Assembly: GCA_949127975.1 (NCBI GenBank)
Contig: CASBRB010000196.1
Span: 1-49,499 of the forward strand
Length of the DNA stretch: 49,499 nt
Direction: 5' to 3'
DNA from: Oscillatoriales cyanobacterium PMM_0019
Lineage (GTDB): Bacteria; Cyanobacteriota; Cyanobacteriia; Cyanobacteriales; CASBRB01
This document shows positions 46,501 through 49,499 of this stretch, in pieces. Numbering within the stretch: the stretch's first letter is position 1; each line of letters begins with the position of its first letter. Below the pieces are notes generated by a model. That model worked only from the letters and a program-made list of their open reading frames with translations, was not told the DNA's origin and did not search any database. Both the position numbers and the translations under genes were made by a program.

Positions 46501-47512
46501 CGCTGGTTACCAAAAGTTACCGAATTTGGTAACCAGCGGTAACCCAGATATATCAAGGGATTCAGGCGCATCAATTACCCAAGTTACCTTCGTTACCGAA
46601 AAAAATAGTAATTCTAATGAAAAAAATGGATTAAGCAACCACGGCGAGAACTCGCCAAACCACGGTGCGATTGAAGATGCGCCAGGTTACCAGCCTAGTA
46701 ACCAAAATGGTTACCATAATGGTAACCAAACCGAAACCATTGATATGACTGGGTTACCAGTGGTTACCGACCCTGGTAACCAGACGGTAACTTTTGGTAA
46801 CCACGGTAACCACGGTAACCAGGATTCTGAAAATGTCAAAGAAATTGAAGATATAGCCGAGCAGCTCCAGGAAGCACTTGCCACCAATTTCCGCGAGATG
46901 CTGTCCCAACCGGAGCTGCTGGCTACAAAGCTTGGGGAGCAACCCGCTGCCACCGAGGTAGTACAACTAGATTTATTCGCGCAACCCAAGCCAGTTCCCA
47001 CCGAGCCAGTACCGCTCACCAGCTTCGCTCCCGATGCCTACCAACCGGAAGCAGAGTCAGAAGCACCAAAACCGTCAAAGCTACAACGAAATATTGAAGA
47101 GGAAGAAGCTATGAAGGCGCTCCTCAAAAAACAATTTCCACTTGGCGCGACGGTGAAACGTATTGATGCTGGCTACCAGGGCATAGTAACTGGCTACCAT
47201 CAGTCAGGCAATGTGGTTTTTGATCTAGAAGGCAACCGTGGCGTAGATATCCAACCACCTACCAACCTTGAACTAATTTCACTGCCACACAGCGAAGTAA
47301 GAGATGAAGTCAAAAAGGATGTTTTTGACGTCAAACAGTTAAAGGTTGGCTCGCGTGTAAAAATTAACACGGGACCTTCGTATCGCACACACGGTCTTGT
47401 TGGCACTATTACCGGGGTTAACGGGGTGCGGTATGCCATTGCATTAGAAGATCCTGAAATTCCTTTTTGCGAGATTAAACCTGAATACCTGGAATTAGTT
47501 GAAGAGAGCTAG
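43574..47512 (+). CDS. Plasmid replication protein: AEP-type primase-polymerase N-terminus, P-loop (SF3-like) NTPase centre, poly-Pro/Thr linker, low-complexity region, two SH3/KOW-like C-terminal modules
   Basis: DVYFVVNG, LWYEHD, GGKSIHSYWVF and ILRLAGC primase-like motifs. Walker A GDPGTGKT, Walker B LPVVWDDP. GTG 43574 or in-frame ATG 43586. Confidence 0.7.
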   Translation: MVTSMTHSNPERVVPFDRSQASEQLKALGYEPGRDLIFLRYIDPTKTEPADMKTGARSLNQKVIEAKQRQGYDVYFVVNGQGNKDDKVKLGRALWYEHDKMTKELQRELWKTLGLPEPTFQVDTGGKSIHSYWVFDEPIPIEQWEPLQSDLLEYSDGDRTIKNPSRILRLAGCAYMKGDNPGTTQATIISNSGKRYTYPELRTIIPQPQPPEPPQIPKPSYQPSIPDDVPLYICLTKDDRALLDCGATDMRNAQGAKLARNLIGTAERLITLGYRFSGDPYQLFIDYCQCCRQGDGWNQKEWDSIWKSAQKDNPTPSMTDDAIVNCIKAWQRNQLNSRKSSSQGEATEPENKAIATKKRKTKSPPPPSPSSDEAPEENEIEEIDWKEPQSYHRTLGFWKKNKGDGEEFYWEPRCNFDFQIERELSDSDGGGFILQIAPQWTTQQYRVLVRRNALSSPDEFASSISKALTATVTCSLTKWELNALIAARQLAYRSRGEKLFKVCDRYGQQRNALWVFEEYQFTQTGTPTTEEESLFVFDPALGKEDFIPCPQLADPNGIEGLTELINAGRQALGKENANQFILAVAWVVAGLHLQTIKKEEGFFPLLNAHGDPGTGKTIALESALSLIGTNWADDGMISKVTMSAVYEHLSKTGSLPVVWDDPPRNWGHGELDEFCKAMWNLKSRVVRGNRQTPHSTIAFTSNHLMCAEQDAAYTRILRLPFYKGGDPLAIPLLRAAQKKASGSFQQLISIGYDPIEVRKLEQVFLPKLPLAHARIAFIMAMICCYAEKVLAIVGGNENPRQWIIDNLCPLENDAENTGDSLQDFIRCIIALEGKDAIGSWNKRTYTDSNGQKWVAIHPESVWAEVEKAFKPTTYNKKSIKIHLLKIGGVADKVVKFDQSRDEVLAYHRAFISPRLDPEGNPISPIPPRQLARKAWLFPGSLFPPGDDHTPPPPPPPPPTPTPTPTPSPVTKVTEVTAGYQKLPNLVTSGNPDISRDSGASITQVTFVTEKNSNSNEKNGLSNHGENSPNHGAIEDAPGYQPSNQNGYHNGNQTETIDMTGLPVVTDPGNQTVTFGNHGNHGNQDSENVKEIEDIAEQLQEALATNFREMLSQPELLATKLGEQPAATEVVQLDLFAQPKPVPTEPVPLTSFAPDAYQPEAESEAPKPSKLQRNIEEEEAMKALLKKQFPLGATVKRIDAGYQGIVTGYHQSGNVVFDLEGNRGVDIQPPTNLELISLPHSEVRDEVKKDVFDVKQLKVGSRVKINTGPSYRTHGLVGTITGVNGVRYAIALEDPEIPFCEIKPEYLELVEES
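46478..46820. repeat. Array of about 20 GGTNACC-type heptamers (GGTTACC/GGTAACC and one-mismatch variants) in both orientations inside the rep ORF
   Basis: Examples: 46486, 46505, 46528, 46538, 46685, 46709, 46721, 46752, 46762, 46775, 46796, 46805, 46814. Spacings are mostly 9-13 bp. Confidence 0.9.
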
Positions 47513-47535
47513 CTCGATTTTGAATTCATTTTGAA

Positions 47536-47868
47536 TTAATGCAGCTCTAAGCAATGAAAAGTAGGCTTCTCTAGAAGCTTTTGAATTGCTTCATGTCCAG
47601 CACGGATGAGAGCTTCAACTTGATTTGTAGGCGCATTTCCACATCTTAACCACACCACTTTTGGTGGAGAACCATACAATCTACTTCTTTCTGCAAAGTC
47701 TACATCTTGGGTCACAATGCAGAAGTCGTTTAACTTGGCAAATTCCCAAATCTCTGTATCTGTCTTCTCTGCTAGCCCATGAAACTGTACATGGCTAGCA
47801 TTAGGGAAAATATCAGCCATGCGAGTAACTAGTTTTCGGCTCAGGTTCTGATCAAATAGTAGTTTCAA
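47536..47868 (-). CDS. DUF5615 family PIN-like (Mut7-C-type) putative toxin
   Basis: MKLLFDQNLSRKLV...IVTQDVDF. 4-nt overlap with the DUF433 gene. Confidence 0.8.
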   Translation of the reverse strand: MKLLFDQNLSRKLVTRMADIFPNASHVQFHGLAEKTDTEIWEFAKLNDFCIVTQDVDFAERSRLYGSPPKVVWLRCGNAPTNQVEALIRAGHEAIQKLLEKPTFHCLELH

Positions 47869-48095
47869 GCGGGGCTCACTGAAGCAATTAAACGACGCTC
47901 GCGATCAGCCGCAAACTCTAGACAGGCTCTAATGTCTGTTTCTGTCAGTTCTGGAAAGTCGTCGATAATCTCAGCAGTAGACATTCCAACGGCTAGCCAC
48001 CCAAGAACGTCATAAACCGTAATCCGCATCCGACGGATACAAGGTTTGCCCCCACGTTTATCAGGTTCAATAGTAATGATGTCGCGATAACTCAT
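47865..48095 (-). CDS. DUF433 domain protein (putative antitoxin partner)
   Basis: DKRGGKPCIRRMRITVYDVLGWLAVGMSTAEIIDDFPELTETDIRACLEFA. Confidence 0.8.
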   Translation of the reverse strand: MSYRDIITIEPDKRGGKPCIRRMRITVYDVLGWLAVGMSTAEIIDDFPELTETDIRACLEFAADRERRLIASVSPA

Positions 48096-48123
48096 AATAA
48101 TAGGTAGACTTTATATTAGTGTA

Positions 48124-48210
48124 CAACAGCAATTGGCTGATTGTCAAGCGTAATCTACAAATTCGTTACAAGAAGCTGCCCCGATTCTTTCCTAAATCGT
48201 GAAATCAATA
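48124..48210 (-). promoter_or_regulatory. Promoter-bearing repeat upstream of the DUF433/DUF5615 operon (TTGACA 48147-48142, N18, TACACT)
   Basis: Paralog of 50-137. The -10 ends about 20 nt before ATG 48095. Confidence 0.5.
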
Positions 48211-48260
48211 TTTAGCAGCGCCAGTAGCAAATGCTTCGCCTGATGGGAAATTTAGCAACA

Positions 48261-48645
48261 TTAATAAATAGCCGTTAAAAGTACGCCTTTGAGATTATTC
48301 TCTCCCACGCGAGCCAGTAATTCATCAAGAGAGGCGGCATCAGCAACCAAATTACCGCTCTTGAGTGCTATCCAGCGGTTTTTATATTCATCACGATGTT
48401 GCTTAATCCATTCGCTGGAGGCTAAAACGCTCTGACGGCGTTCCGGGTTACTGGGAACAACTCTAGGTGGTGGCGGGTTGAGAACGTAATCAAAATGCGT
48501 GAACTTCCTCGTGTTCTGGGAAGTGCTTGATTGCGAGTTTCGCTAGTCGGATAGCTTCAGGCCGATTGGCATCCCACAAAGCCGCTCGCATTGCCGCGAC
48601 ATATTCTTCTGGTGAATTGTAAGCTACCAAATTATCCGTACCCAT
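48261..48645 (-). pseudogene. Hypothetical gene with a DUF5678-like C-terminus, frameshifted at the T run near 48490
   Basis: ORF ...KHFPEHEEVHAF stops at 48490. The next frame has no start codon but encodes SEWIKQHRDEYKNRWIALKSGNLVADAASLDELLARV... down to the stop at 48261. Confidence 0.45.
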
Positions 48646-48715
48646 GTCATAGCCCCACTGGTAACAATGTAATGTATAGCTGGTTATTCCAAGTACGATG
48701 CGTGATGGACGTAGG

Positions 48716-49081
48716 TCAACTGCGGGAGTTGATACCTTCACCATGACTAAGAGCTAATGCCAAGATCTGCGCTCCCTCCTGAACGACTCTAGCAACAGCT
48801 TCAACTGGCAGCGATCGCACATGAGTTAATAACTTCTCTACAGGATCTTCCGCAGGCAGTTTTCCTTCATTGAGAAAAAGTTGGAGATCTTCTACGCTCC
48901 AACCTTTCAAAGCTGCCAATTTTTGAAGATTATTTGTATCCGGCAAACCTACTTTGGCTTCCCACAACGAAACCGCAGGACGACTAATGCCTAGTCTTTT
49001 TGCCAACTGACCTTGCGTCAGAGCAAGATCTGCCCGCAGTTCTTTGACGAATGTGGATAGTCGTTCGGTTTTCGAGTTCAT
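48716..49081 (-). CDS. XRE-family HTH regulator (intact paralog of 26566-26926)
   Basis: LTQGQLAKRLGISRPAVSLWE. Shares NLQKLAALKGWS.EDLQ with the paralog. Confidence 0.75.
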   Translation of the reverse strand: MNSKTERLSTFVKELRADLALTQGQLAKRLGISRPAVSLWEAKVGLPDTNNLQKLAALKGWSVEDLQLFLNEGKLPAEDPVEKLLTHVRSLPVEAVARVVQEGAQILALALSHGEGINSRS

Positions 49082-49087
49082 AAATTT

Positions 49088-49117
49088 ATTCTACACGTTC
49101 TACTTCCCTTGTAGAAT
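49088..49117. promoter_or_regulatory. Inverted repeat ATTCTACA-N14-TGTAGAAT immediately upstream of the XRE gene (candidate operator)
   Basis: Read directly. Confidence 0.45.
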
Positions 49118-49270
49118 AGAATGTGTAAATGCTCTTACCTAAAATAGTTGCAACCTTAACGGCGACGGGTTGAGCTTCATACAAGCTGGTGCGTGTCTCT
49201 CACGCTAAGCAATATCGAGCTATCCAGCTGCATCCCCGTCATAAAAAATTAACCAACGAAAAATTTTCCT

Positions 49271-49499
49271 ATGACTGACAACAACAATAATTGCAAAACT
49301 TTTGTTGAATGCTGTTCAACAAGTCCACTTATTGAACAGGATTCAACAAGCCCACTTATTGAACAGGATTCAACAAGCCCACTTATTGAACAGGATTCAA
49401 CAAGCCCACTTATTGAACAGGATTCAACAAGTCCACTTATTGAACAGGATTCAACAAGTCCACTTATTGAACAGGATTCAACAAGTCCACTTATTGAAC
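49271..49499 (+). CDS. Possible 5'-partial ORF encoding STSPLIEQD nonapeptide repeats (alternative reading of the 27-bp repeat array)
   Basis: ATG 49271 is open to the window edge. No convincing RBS. Confidence 0.25.
   Translation, partial: MTDNNNNCKTFVECCSTSPLIEQDSTSPLIEQDSTSPLIEQDSTSPLIEQDSTSPLIEQDSTSPLIEQDSTSPLIE
49315..49499. repeat. 27-bp tandem repeat, 6.8 copies, running off the window edge. Each unit contains the palindrome TTGAACAGGATTCAA
   Basis: Unit starts at 49315, 49342, 49369, 49396, 49423, 49450 and 49477. A single C/T variable position has the pattern T,C,C,C,T,T,T. Confidence 0.95.

Noticed and set aside
49315-49499. CRISPR array
   Set aside because: The 27-bp units are contiguous with no spacers. 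The GGTNACC array (46478-46820) and the CACCCTAT iterons (30166-30272) also lack a repeat-spacer structure, and no cas genes are present.
1-49499. Window ends as an overlap of a circular replicon
   Set aside because: The similarity is limited to about 90 bp at about 85% identity and flanking sequences differ. It is a dispersed repeat, not an assembly overlap.

Overview
The window looks like a cyanobacterial plasmid or plasmid-derived island. Evidence is many HIP1 GCGATCGC octamers, GTTGGGT...ACCCAAC hairpin repeats typical of filamentous cyanobacteria, and cyanobacteria-restricted DUF1822 and DUF928 genes. No rRNA, tRNA or CRISPR array was seen.

Backbone:
- An intact 1312-aa primase-helicase-type replication protein. 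Its ORF contains a dense GGTNACC array.
- An actin-like (ParM-type) partition operon behind two clusters of four 11-bp-phased iterons.
- Two ParB-like genes, each divergent from an XRE regulator, plus a ParA stub.
- MobC and a MobA/VirD2-type relaxase.
- Several toxin-antitoxin pairs. DUF433/DUF5615 is intact; VapBC and DUF104/PIN are decayed.
- A 27-bp tandem repeat that runs off the right edge.

Many small backbone genes appear frameshifted, while every ORF of 500 aa or more is intact.

Cargo:
- An orphan GspE/PilB ATPase with a GH5 cellulase carrying two CBM2-like modules.
- Three secreted M23 peptidases fused to lectin domains, with small secreted Cys-protein cassettes.
- A sigma-like / DUF1822 / CHAT-CHASE2 / DUF928 operon, convergent with a TPS (filamentous-hemagglutinin-type) exoprotein / TPR-CHAT operon.

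The main lead is a composite cis-element with fixed box spacing. It sits upstream of all three M23 genes and of the sigma-like gene. This suggests a single sensor-protease / sigma / lytic-enzyme system. I know of no functional description of it.
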